Shown here piece after piece: positions 1 to 9,731 of a DNA stretch of 32,000 nt (its first letter is position 1; the number at the start of each line of letters is the position of its first letter). A model generated the notes under the pieces. The model was not told the DNA's origin. It saw nothing but the letters and a program-made list of their open reading frames with translations, and did no database searches. The DNA is taken from the NCBI RefSeq assembly GCF_000007985.2, contig NC_002939.5, positions 510,001 to 542,000 on the forward strand, written 5' to 3'. Made by a program: the position numbers and the translations under genes. This stretch comes from Geobacter sulfurreducens PCA. Lineage in GTDB: Bacteria; Desulfobacterota; Desulfuromonadia; Geobacterales; Geobacteraceae.

Positions 1-237
1 GGGCTCTTTCGCCGTGTCGTCACTATTGAGGACAGCTGGCGGCCTAAGCCGGATCTCCAGGCGTTGGAAGCTCTGTTTGCCGCCCTCGGCCGGAAACCCT
101 CCGAATGCCTCTTTGTGGGCGACCGTTACGATATCGACCTGCGGCTTCCGGCGGAACTCGGCTGCTCGGTCTATCTCTCCCGCACCGTTGATGAACTGCT
201 CGGCTTGACACTACCACTCAGCGAGGAACAGCAATGA
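1..237 (+). CDS. HAD-superfamily hydrolase, C-terminal fragment (5' end lies outside the window)
   Basis: Frame 1 is open from base 1 to TGA 235-237. The translation ...SWRPKPDLQALEALFAALGRKPSECLFVGDRYDIDLRLP... shows the HAD motif III/IV pattern (K-P ... VGD-x3-D). Its stop overlaps the next start (ATGA). Confidence 0.6.
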   Translation, partial: GLFRRVVTIEDSWRPKPDLQALEALFAALGRKPSECLFVGDRYDIDLRLPAELGCSVYLSRTVDELLGLTLPLSEEQQ

Positions 238-692
238 ACGAACACGGCAAGGAAATGCTCGATGCCATCATGAGGGCCATGGAGATCGAGAAAGAAACCT
301 TCGACTTCTACACACGGGCCGAGCACAAGACGTTCAATCCGGAAGGCAAACGGATCTTCCGCTGGCTCGCCCGCACGGAGGAGCAGCACTACCTCAAGCT
401 CAACGAACTCTACCAGTCGCTCCACGAGGGGGGCCGCTGGGTCTTCTACGGCGGCTCCACCGTCTCCCTCGACCCGGCCGGCCCGGGCGAGAAGCAGGTG
501 GCGTTCGACACCGATGATCGCCAGGCACTGGAAATAGCCATGGAGATCGAGAAAAAGGGAATCGCCCACTTCGAAGAGCTCATGGAGAAGGCAACCGACC
601 CCCAAGGCAAGAGCATGCTCCGTGCCTTGCGCGACGAGGAGGCGGAGCACTTGCGGATCGTAACCGAAAAGTACAATGCGCTCCAGCGGTAA
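234..692 (+). CDS. Ferritin-like / rubrerythrin-domain diiron protein (no rubredoxin domain)
   Basis: 152-aa ORF built from two repeated halves, EIEKETFDFY...TEEQH and EIEKKGIAHFEEL...EEAEH. These are E...ExxH pairs typical of a four-helix-bundle diiron site. Confidence 0.65.
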   Translation: MNEHGKEMLDAIMRAMEIEKETFDFYTRAEHKTFNPEGKRIFRWLARTEEQHYLKLNELYQSLHEGGRWVFYGGSTVSLDPAGPGEKQVAFDTDDRQALEIAMEIEKKGIAHFEELMEKATDPQGKSMLRALRDEEAEHLRIVTEKYNALQR

Positions 693-723
693 GCGGGGAG
701 CCGGGACAGGAAGGGGTTGACGC

Positions 724-2115
724 GTGACGTTCCGGGTCGAGAAGGATACCCTCGGTGAGGTGCGGGTTCCGGCGGACGCCTACTACGGCGCCCAGACGGT
801 CCGGGCCGTGGAGAATTTCCCCATCTCCGGGCTGCGGCCCCATCCGGCCCTCGTCCGGGCGACGGTGCTCGTCAAAATGTGTGCGGCCCGGGCCAACATG
901 GCCACGGGCAGGCTCGATTCCCGGCTTGGAGACGCTATCGTCCGGGCGGCCGACGAGTGCCTGGCCGGTGCCTTTGATGCCCACTTCGTGGTGGACCCGT
1001 TTCAAGCCGGCGCCGGCACCTCCCACAACATGAACGTGAACGAGGTCCTCGCCAACCGGGCCAATGAACTGCTGGGAGAGGAGCGGGGCAGGTATGCTCC
1101 CGTCCATCCCAACGACCACGTGAACATGGCCCAGTCCACCAACGACGTCTTCCCCACGGCCATGCGTCTGGCGGCCCTTCGGGTGGCGGGGGATCTCCGG
1201 CCGGCCCTAGAGGGACTCGTTGCCGCGCTTCGGAAAAAGTCCGCTGAATTCGACGGCATTCTCAAGAGCGGCCGGACTCACCTGCAGGATGCGGTGCCGA
1301 TCCGTCTCGGCCAGGAGTTCGAGGCGTGGGCCGTGGCGCTGGAGAAGAACCTGGCCGCCATCGAGGGGGCGGTGCCGGGCCTTGCGGAACTGGGTATCGG
1401 CGGCACCGCGGCAGGTACCGGCATGAACGCCGAGCCGGCCTACATCGATCTTGTGGTGGCAGAGCTCGCCCGGGAAACCGGCTTTCCCCTCGTACGGGGT
1501 GCGAACCTGGTTGAGCGGATGCAGAACATGGACCCCTTCGTGGCCCTCTCCTCCGCTCTCAAGGGACTTGCCGTAAACCTCGCCCGTATCGCCAACGACC
1601 TGCGGCTCCTTTCCTCTGGCCCCCGGACCGGGCTGGCCGAGATCGCGCTGCCGGCGCTGCAGCCCGGCTCCTCTATCATGCCGGGGAAGGTCAACCCGGT
1701 CATGGCCGAGGTGACCGACATGGTCGCCTTTCAAGTGATGGGTGCGGACACGACAATCATGCTCGCCGCCCAGGCAGGGCAGCTGGAGCTTAACGTCATG
1801 ATGCCGGTCATCGCGTTCAACCTTCTGTTCAGCCTTGAAATCCTGAAGAACACGGTGCCCAAGCTGGCTGATGCCTGCATCGCCGGCATCACTGCGGACC
1901 GGGAGCGCTGCCTCCGGTACCTGGAGCAGTCGGTAGGACTGGCCACGGTGCTCGCGCCCTACATCGGCTATGCCGCGGCCGCGGAGGTGGCCAAGGAATC
2001 GACTGCCACGGGCCGGAGTATCCGGCAGATCGTGGAAGACCGGCAGCTCCTGTCGGCCGGGCGTCTGGCGGAGATCCTCGACCCCTTCCCTCTCACCAGC
2101 CCTGGCGTTCCGTGA
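724..2115 (+). CDS. aspA: Aspartate ammonia-lyase (class II fumarase/aspartase family)
   Basis: 463 aa with a GTG start. Carries the family signature [15 protein letters not shown]; the VNPV form is aspartase-like, whereas FumC has KVNPTQ. The N-terminus [33 protein letters not shown] is typical of aspartase. Confidence 0.8.
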   Translation: MTFRVEKDTLGEVRVPADAYYGAQTVRAVENFPISGLRPHPALVRATVLVKMCAARANMATGRLDSRLGDAIVRAADECLAGAFDAHFVVDPFQAGAGTSHNMNVNEVLANRANELLGEERGRYAPVHPNDHVNMAQSTNDVFPTAMRLAALRVAGDLRPALEGLVAALRKKSAEFDGILKSGRTHLQDAVPIRLGQEFEAWAVALEKNLAAIEGAVPGLAELGIGGTAAGTGMNAEPAYIDLVVAELARETGFPLVRGANLVERMQNMDPFVALSSALKGLAVNLARIANDLRLLSSGPRTGLAEIALPALQPGSSIMPGKVNPVMAEVTDMVAFQVMGADTTIMLAAQAGQLELNVMMPVIAFNLLFSLEILKNTVPKLADACIAGITADRERCLRYLEQSVGLATVLAPYIGYAAAAEVAKESTATGRSIRQIVEDRQLLSAGRLAEILDPFPLTSPGVP

Positions 2116-2158
2116 GCCACACATCAAGCAGAGAACACAACCCAAGGAGGAGACAACA

Positions 2159-2383
2159 ATGCTGGAAGACGTTAAGAAGGTTCTTGATCTGGTCCGCCCC
2201 GCGCTCCAGGCGGATGGCGGTGACGTGGAGCTGGTTGAGGTTACCGAGGACGGCGTGGTGAAGGTTAAGCTGGTCGGTGCCTGCGGCCACTGCCCCATGT
2301 CCACCATGACCCTCAAGATGGGGATCGAGCGGACCCTGAAGGAGAAGGTGCCGGGAGTGAAGGAAGTGGTATCCGTCCAGTAG
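2159..2383 (+). CDS. NifU C-terminal domain (Nfu-type) Fe-S cluster scaffold/carrier protein
   Basis: ATG 2159 is preceded by AAGGAGGAG. The 74-aa product [28 protein letters not shown]...[23 protein letters not shown] contains the Nfu CxxC motif. The longer tracked ORF from 1970 is an Arg/Pro-rich extension that overlaps aspA. Confidence 0.85.
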   Translation: MLEDVKKVLDLVRPALQADGGDVELVEVTEDGVVKVKLVGACGHCPMSTMTLKMGIERTLKEKVPGVKEVVSVQ

Positions 2384-2419
2384 TGGACCCGCGGCGAATC
2401 GTCGTAAAAGGAGGATGAC

Positions 2420-2620
2420 ATGGGTTACAAGGTCAAAACGTTTGGCATGGAGCTCCGTCCCCTCAAGGCCATGCAGGAGCTTTTCGCCCTGGATGCCATG
2501 GTCAACGCATTCGTAGCTGAAAATGGCGTGAAGCGGATCGTTTCCGTCTCCGACTCGCCGACCACCGATGACAAGGGCGAAACAATCGGCCTCGTCAGGG
2601 TGGTCGCCTACGAGGACTGA
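2420..2620 (+). CDS. Small hypothetical protein (66 aa)
   Basis: Good SD (AAAGGAGGA) lies 5 nt upstream of the ATG. Third codon positions are GC-rich. An intrinsic terminator follows directly. I recognise no family with confidence. Confidence 0.6.
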   Translation: MGYKVKTFGMELRPLKAMQELFALDAMVNAFVAENGVKRIVSVSDSPTTDDKGETIGLVRVVAYED

Positions 2621-2656
2621 GGCGACCACTGGCGAAGCCGCACTAGTGGGTGCCTA

Positions 2657-2688
2657 GGGGCGCGGGGGAAACTCCGCGCCCCTTTGTT
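2657..2688 (+). terminator. Rho-independent terminator ending the aspA-nfu-small ORF unit
   Basis: GGGGCGCGG (2657-2665) pairs perfectly with CCGCGCCCC (2674-2682) around an 8-nt loop. It is followed by TTTGTT. Confidence 0.8.
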
Positions 2689-2754
2689 GCGTCATGCCCA
2701 TCTTCCCTTGCTCCCCCGGCGTGCCTGCGTTACCCTTGAAGCAGGAGCAAGGCC

Positions 2755-3945
2755 ATGTCCATCGTTCGCCGCAAAATGATTATGGGCACTCCCCGCGCCC
2801 CCCGCTTTCTGAGGGTCTTCAGGCGGAACGCCGAGGCAGCCCATTCCCGGGGAAACAGGGTGAAACTGTTCACCTCGGGGGCTGATTTCTTTCCGGCCAT
2901 GCTCGGCGCCTTTGCCGAGGCGCGCCACCATATCCACGCCGAGTTCTATATTGTGCGCGACGACGCCACGGGCGCGGCCTTTGCCGAAGCACTGCTGGCC
3001 GCCGCTGCCCGCGGGGTGGAAGTCTCCCTTATCTATGACTACATTGGTTGCTTCGACACACCTTCCGCCTATTTCCGCCGGCTGGAACAGGGCGGAGTTC
3101 GCTGCCTCGCCTTCAATCCTCCCCCCTTCAAGGGGGGAATCGCTTGGTTCGACAAGCGGGATCACCGCAAGATGGCTGTGGTCGACGGGGAAACCGCGTT
3201 CACGGGCGGAGTCAATGTCGGCGACGAGTATTCGGGGTTCGGCTTTCCCCATGAACGGTGGAGGGATGTGGGCATCAGGATCGACGGACCGGCGGTCATA
3301 GATCTGTCGCGGCTCTTTCGGGGGTTCTGGCTTGCTGAGAAGGGGAGTTCCTCACCGGCTTGGCATCAGGAGCGCCTGCCCGTGGCCGCGGTCGGTGATG
3401 CCGACGTAATGGTCATCAGTGACGGCCCTTACCATGCCCGTTCCTTTATCCGCAATGCCTTCCGTATCGCCATGGCCGGCGCGGGCGAGTCGATCCGGAT
3501 CATGAATCCTTACTTCGTGCCGGGACCGCGGGTGGTTCGGTCTCTGCTGCGGGCCGTCCGGCGGGGCGTCAGAGTCCAGATCATACTTCCCGCCAAGAAC
3601 GATGTGCCCATCGTGCGTCTCGTGAGCCGCAGCTACTATACCCCCCTCCTGCGGGAGGGAATCGAACTCTTCGAGCGCCAGGGGCCGGTTCTCCACGCCA
3701 AGGTCATGCTCATTGACGACGCCTGGGGGGTCGTCGGCTCGGCAAATCTCGACCAGCGCAGTTTTCACCGCAACTATGAGGTGAATACCATCGTTGCCAG
3801 CCACGAGTTCGGCAGCCAGGTGGCGGAAATGTTCGCCGAGGACCTTGCCGGATCGCGACGTGTGGTCCTTGAGGAACACGAGCAGCGGGGCTGGCATGTA
3901 CGCTTGCTGGAGCGTCTCTGCGGATCGGTGAGCTGGTTTCTGTAG
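2755..3945 (+). CDS. Phospholipase D family protein / cardiolipin synthase (ClsB-like, no N-terminal TM segments)
   Basis: Two HKD motifs are present: HRKMAVVDGETAFTGGVNVGDEY and LHAKVMLIDDAWGVVGSANLDQRS. Confidence 0.85.
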   Translation: MSIVRRKMIMGTPRAPRFLRVFRRNAEAAHSRGNRVKLFTSGADFFPAMLGAFAEARHHIHAEFYIVRDDATGAAFAEALLAAAARGVEVSLIYDYIGCFDTPSAYFRRLEQGGVRCLAFNPPPFKGGIAWFDKRDHRKMAVVDGETAFTGGVNVGDEYSGFGFPHERWRDVGIRIDGPAVIDLSRLFRGFWLAEKGSSSPAWHQERLPVAAVGDADVMVISDGPYHARSFIRNAFRIAMAGAGESIRIMNPYFVPGPRVVRSLLRAVRRGVRVQIILPAKNDVPIVRLVSRSYYTPLLREGIELFERQGPVLHAKVMLIDDAWGVVGSANLDQRSFHRNYEVNTIVASHEFGSQVAEMFAEDLAGSRRVVLEEHEQRGWHVRLLERLCGSVSWFL

Positions 3946-3956
3946 TGTCTTCACCC

Positions 3957-3985
3957 TTGTCCCTCATCCATTCCTGTTGTACGAT
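3957..3985 (+). promoter_or_regulatory. Sigma70-like promoter candidate for queC-folE2
   Basis: TTGTCC (3957-3962), a 17-bp spacer, then TACGAT (3980-3985). Confidence 0.4.
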
Positions 3986-4035
3986 GACTCTGGGCTTCCA
4001 TGCCCATGAAACGCCCTGTCCGGCGAGGTATTCCC

Positions 4036-4749
4036 ATGACTAGAAAAGCCGTTGTCCTTTACAGTGGCGGCCTCGACTCCACCACCTGTCTCGCCATTGC
4101 GCGGGCCGAGGGATTCGAGCCCCATGCAATGAGTTTCTCCTACGGCCAACGCCACAGCGTAGAGCTGGAACTGGCAAAAAGAAATGCGCGGCCCGCAGGG
4201 GCCGTCGAACACATGGTGGTGGAGTTCGATTTGCGCAAGGTCGGCGGCAGCGCCCTGACTGCCGATATCGCCGTGCCAAAGGAGGGGGTGGGGGATGATA
4301 TCCCGGTTACCTATGTGCCGGCGCGCAACACCATTTTTCTCTCCTTCGCCCTGGGGTGGGCCGAGGTGCTCGGTGCCTTCGACATCTTCATCGGCGTGAA
4401 CGCCCTGGATTATTCGGGCTACCCCGACTGCCGCCCCGAGTACATCTCCGCATTCGAAACCATGGCCAATCTGGCGACCCGGGTTGGTGTAGAAGGGACG
4501 GGCCGCTTCCGTATCCATGCCCCCCTCATGCGTCTCACTAAGGCGGAGATCATCCGGAAGGGGCTCGCTCTGGGAGTCGACTACGGGCTCACCCACTCCT
4601 GCTACGATCCCTCTCCCGCAGGAGTTGCCTGCGGGCTTTGCGATTCCTGTCGCCTGCGGCTCAAGGGGTTTGCTGAAGTGGGAGTGGCGGACCCGGTTCC
4701 GTACGTGACTGGTGGACAGGGCCTGGGGGGCGGGAAGGAAACGCCATGA
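4036..4749 (+). CDS. queC: 7-cyano-7-deazaguanine synthase
   Basis: Contains the PP-loop [14 protein letters not shown] and the C-terminal zinc Cys cluster [23 protein letters not shown] 4036 has GAGG 7 nt upstream. The tracked ATG 4000 sits only about 15 nt after the putative -10, so it is less likely. Confidence 0.9.
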   Translation: MTRKAVVLYSGGLDSTTCLAIARAEGFEPHAMSFSYGQRHSVELELAKRNARPAGAVEHMVVEFDLRKVGGSALTADIAVPKEGVGDDIPVTYVPARNTIFLSFALGWAEVLGAFDIFIGVNALDYSGYPDCRPEYISAFETMANLATRVGVEGTGRFRIHAPLMRLTKAEIIRKGLALGVDYGLTHSCYDPSPAGVACGLCDSCRLRLKGFAEVGVADPVPYVTGGQGLGGGKETP

Positions 4750-5591
4750 AGGGACAGAAAACAGAAGAAAGCCGTACAACGGCCTCCGAGACACGGTCGT
4801 CGACGTCCGCGCCAATGCCCGATATGCAGACCAGCCGCGACACCCGCAAGATCCCCATCAGCAAGGTGGGGGTGAAGGACATCTCCTATCCCATCGTGGT
4901 GATGGACAAGAACCGGAAGTTCCAGCAGACCGTGGCCCGGGTGAACATGTATGTGGATCTTCCCCATCATTTCAAGGGAACCCACATGAGCCGCTTCATC
5001 GAGATCCTCAACGCCTACCGCGAGGATATCGCCCTGGACAAGATGGAACCGATCCTCCAGGAGATGAAAAAAAAGCTCGGTGCATCCTCGGCCCACCTGG
5101 AGATTGAGTTTCCCTACTTTATCGAGAAGCGGGCGCCGGTGTCCGGGGCCAGGAGCCTCATGGAGTATACCTGCACCTTCACGGGGACTCTGGCCGAGAC
5201 CTTCGATTTCGTGCTCGGGGTCCAGGTGCCGGTAACCTCTCTGTGCCCGTGCAGCAAGGAGCTTTCCCGCTATGGCGCCCACAACCAGCGCAGCCATATC
5301 ACGGTACGGGTCCGGTATGCCGGCTTCGTCTGGATCGAGGAGCTGGTGGAACTGATCGAGGGCTGCGGTTCCAGCCCGGTGTGGTCGCTTCTCAAGCGTG
5401 CCGACGAGAAGTTCGTGACCGAGCGGGCTTACGAGAATCCGAAATTCGTGGAGGATATCGTCCGTGAAGCGACCCTGGCTCTAGCCGCCCATGAGGCCAT
5501 AACCTGGTTCTCGGTGGAAGCCGAAAATTTCGAGTCGATCCACAAGCATTCCGCCTATGCCGCCATTGAGCAGGATAAGCGAAAGGCATGA
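4746..5591 (+). CDS. folE2: GTP cyclohydrolase IB (FolE2/MptA family)
   Basis: 281 aa containing ...[18 protein letters not shown]...[16 protein letters not shown]...SLCPCSKE..., which is characteristic of FolE2. The ATGA overlap with the queC stop suggests translational coupling. An internal start at 4815 (MPDMQ) is possible. Confidence 0.85.
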   Translation: MKGQKTEESRTTASETRSSTSAPMPDMQTSRDTRKIPISKVGVKDISYPIVVMDKNRKFQQTVARVNMYVDLPHHFKGTHMSRFIEILNAYREDIALDKMEPILQEMKKKLGASSAHLEIEFPYFIEKRAPVSGARSLMEYTCTFTGTLAETFDFVLGVQVPVTSLCPCSKELSRYGAHNQRSHITVRVRYAGFVWIEELVELIEGCGSSPVWSLLKRADEKFVTERAYENPKFVEDIVREATLALAAHEAITWFSVEAENFESIHKHSAYAAIEQDKRKA

Positions 5592-5655
5592 GCGTAGTTC
5601 ATGTACTCACGCACGTTCCTTGTTAATACGCGCCGAAGCGGCTGACGACATCCCG

Positions 5656-5695
5656 TGTGGATAACTATGTGGAAAACCCCCAAAGTTGTGGATAA
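5656..5695. promoter_or_regulatory. Cluster of three co-oriented DnaA boxes
   Basis: TGTGGATAA at 5656-5664 and 5687-5695 is the perfect complement of TTATCCACA. TGTGGAAAA at 5668-5676 has one mismatch. All three lie in the folE2/DUF2064 intergenic region. Confidence 0.6.
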
Positions 5696-5728
5696 CGCTA
5701 GCCGTTGTCCGCTGTAAACCCCCTGCCC

Positions 5729-6442
5729 ATGAGCCTTCAGCCATGTCGAAAAGCTTTGATGATCTTCGCCAAAAGACCGATGGCCGGCCGGGTGAAGACA
5801 CGGCTGACCCCCCCCCTCTCTCCCGGGGATGCCGCTGAGCTCTACCGGCGGATGCTGCTGGATATCCTTGCGAAGTGTGCCCGAATGGTCGGCGTGGATC
5901 TCCTGCTCTTCTACGAGCCCGGGGAAGGAAGCGGCCGTTTCTTTGAAGAGGCGGCTCCGGGGTGGGCATGTCGTCCCCAGGAGGGGGGTGATCTGGGGGC
6001 GCGGCTCGATTCGGCCTTTCGGCTTGCTTTCGGTGAAGGGTATGGTGAAGTTGCCGTGATCGGTACCGACTCCCCCGACCTGCCTGAAGAGTATGTGCGG
6101 CTGGCGTTCGATCTGTTGGACCACCGGGCGGTGGACGCGGTCTATGGTCCCTCTGAAGATGGCGGTTACTACCTCCTGGCTCTGAAGCAACACCGGCCGG
6201 AGCTTTTCCGCGATATCCCCTGGTCCACCGGGGAGGTCCTGGAGCACTCGCTGGCTCGAGCCAAGGCGGTAGGCGTGCGGGTCGAGCTCCTCCCTGTCTG
6301 GTATGATGTGGATAGCATCGCCGATCTGTGGCGTCCGGGGCTGGCCGGGGCCGGCACCGTGGCACCACTTACGGCGGAATTCGTTTCCGGCCTTATTTCA
6401 GCACATCCACCAGATACCCCACCCCCTGCAGGTGAGAGATAA
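5729..6442 (+). CDS. DUF2064 / TIGR04282-type glycosyltransferase-like protein
   Basis: KALMIFAKRPMAGRVKTRLTPPLSPGDAAELYRRMLLD... and ...VIGTDSPDLP...GPSEDGGYYLLAL... match my recollection of the DUF2064 family. The start is uncertain: ATG 5729 or the tracked TTG 5705. Confidence 0.7.
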   Translation: MSLQPCRKALMIFAKRPMAGRVKTRLTPPLSPGDAAELYRRMLLDILAKCARMVGVDLLLFYEPGEGSGRFFEEAAPGWACRPQEGGDLGARLDSAFRLAFGEGYGEVAVIGTDSPDLPEEYVRLAFDLLDHRAVDAVYGPSEDGGYYLLALKQHRPELFRDIPWSTGEVLEHSLARAKAVGVRVELLPVWYDVDSIADLWRPGLAGAGTVAPLTAEFVSGLISAHPPDTPPPAGER

Positions 6443-7601
6443 CCTCCTGAATGTGCTCGAACCCCCGGGTCTCCAGCTCGATGAGGACCTCGGTCTTGCC
6501 GATGGGGAGCGATTTCGAGCGCCGGTCATGGGTGATGATGGAGATGTTGGCTTTAGCCTCGGCAATTTCCGTCGCAAGTCGCGCCAGGGCACCGGGGAGA
6601 TCGTCCAGCTCCACCTTCAGCTTCAGGTAGCGCCCGGCAGCCACCAGACCCCGTTCCACCACTACTGAGATGGTCTTCACGTCGATATTCCCGCCCGACA
6701 GCACGCAGACCGTTTTTCCCGAAAGATCAGTCACCCGCCGGTTGAGAAGCGCGGCCAACGGAACGGCCCCGGCCCCCTCGACCAAGAGCTTGGTTCGCTC
6801 CAGCAGCGCCACGATGGCAAGGGCGATCTCCTCTTCTTCCACCAAGACCACCTCGTCCACCAAGTCCCTGATGATGGGAAAGGTGTTCACCCCTGGCTTC
6901 TTGACCGCGATGCCGTCGGCAAGGGTGACCGTCACGGGGACCTGGACGATCTTCCCCTTTTGCAGCGAATAGTGGGCGGATGGGGCCGCCGCTGTTTCAA
7001 CGCCGATGATCCGCACGTGGGGGTGGGTTTCTCTGATGGCCGTGGCGATGCCCGCGATGAGACCGCCGCCGCCGATGGGGACGAGGATATTGGCTACATC
7101 GGGAAGCTCCTGGAGAACTTCCAGGCCGATGGTGCCTTGCCCGGCCATCACGAGCGGGTCGTCAAAGGGGTGGACGAAGAGGGCGCCCCGTTCCTCCTGC
7201 GCCTGGACCGCTGCAGCGTATGCCTCGTCGAAGTTGCGGCCGGTGAGTACCACCTCGGCGCCGTAGTCACGGGTGGCAAAGACCTTCTGCGGCGGCGTGC
7301 TTTCCGGCATGAACACCGTGGACGGCACTCCCAGCAGGTCGGCCGAGAACGCGACTCCTTGGGCATGGTTACCGGCAGAAGCGGTAATGACACCCTTTGC
7401 CAGTGCCTCCCGCGGCTGCGACGTCATGAAGTTCAGGGCGCCTCGGATCTTGAACGCACCGGTGCGCTGGAGGTTCTCGCACTTGAAATAGATCGGGATT
7501 CCCAGTTTCTCGCTGAAGTGATGGGAGTGGATGAGCTCGGTGCGACGAACCCGCTTCCTGAGTCGGTCGTCGGCTTCCTGAATCAGTGTGTAGGGGAGCA
7601 T
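6393..7601 (-). CDS. ilvA: Threonine ammonia-lyase (threonine dehydratase, short form with one ACT-like domain)
   Basis: 402 aa with the PLP-lysine motif ENLQRTGAFKIRGA and a C-terminal ACT-like regulatory domain. GGAGG lies 10 nt upstream of the ATG. Confidence 0.85.
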   Translation of the reverse strand: MLPYTLIQEADDRLRKRVRRTELIHSHHFSEKLGIPIYFKCENLQRTGAFKIRGALNFMTSQPREALAKGVITASAGNHAQGVAFSADLLGVPSTVFMPESTPPQKVFATRDYGAEVVLTGRNFDEAYAAAVQAQEERGALFVHPFDDPLVMAGQGTIGLEVLQELPDVANILVPIGGGGLIAGIATAIRETHPHVRIIGVETAAAPSAHYSLQKGKIVQVPVTVTLADGIAVKKPGVNTFPIIRDLVDEVVLVEEEEIALAIVALLERTKLLVEGAGAVPLAALLNRRVTDLSGKTVCVLSGGNIDVKTISVVVERGLVAAGRYLKLKVELDDLPGALARLATEIAEAKANISIITHDRRSKSLPIGKTEVLIELETRGFEHIQEVISHLQGVGYLVDVLK

Positions 7602-7622
7602 TGCGATTGCGCCTCCGGCCTG

Positions 7623-9726
<2,104 letters not shown>

Positions 9727-9731
9727 CCGCC

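Noticed and set aside
1207-2421. Long antisense ORFs opposite real genes: 1207-2421(-), 4602-5297(-), 5555-6247(-), 5607-6368(-), 13452-14720(+), 16043-17344(-), 17356-18342(-), 19773-20558(-), 24085-24864(-) and 30812-31834(+).
   Set aside because: - Each lies fully antisense to, or out of frame with, a gene that has clear family motifs.
- Their translations are Arg/Gly/Pro/Ala-rich low-complexity strings with no motifs.
- This is the usual stop-codon-poor artefact of high-GC DNA.
3118-3137. A perfect C6-TTCAA-G6 hairpin inside the cls coding region.
   Set aside because: - It simply encodes P-P-P-F-K-G-G in frame.
- No flanking signal suggests a regulatory role.
3986-4035. preQ1 riboswitch in the queC leader.
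   Set aside because: - The leader is about 45 nt.
- It lacks the preQ1-I hallmark (a short stem followed by an A-rich tail ending in CUA).
5592-5728. Chromosomal replication origin (oriC) at the DnaA-box cluster.
   Set aside because: - There is no adjacent AT-rich unwinding element with repeated 13-mers.
- No dnaA, dnaN, gidA or parAB context is present.
- Only three boxes occur, so a regulatory or titration role is more plausible.
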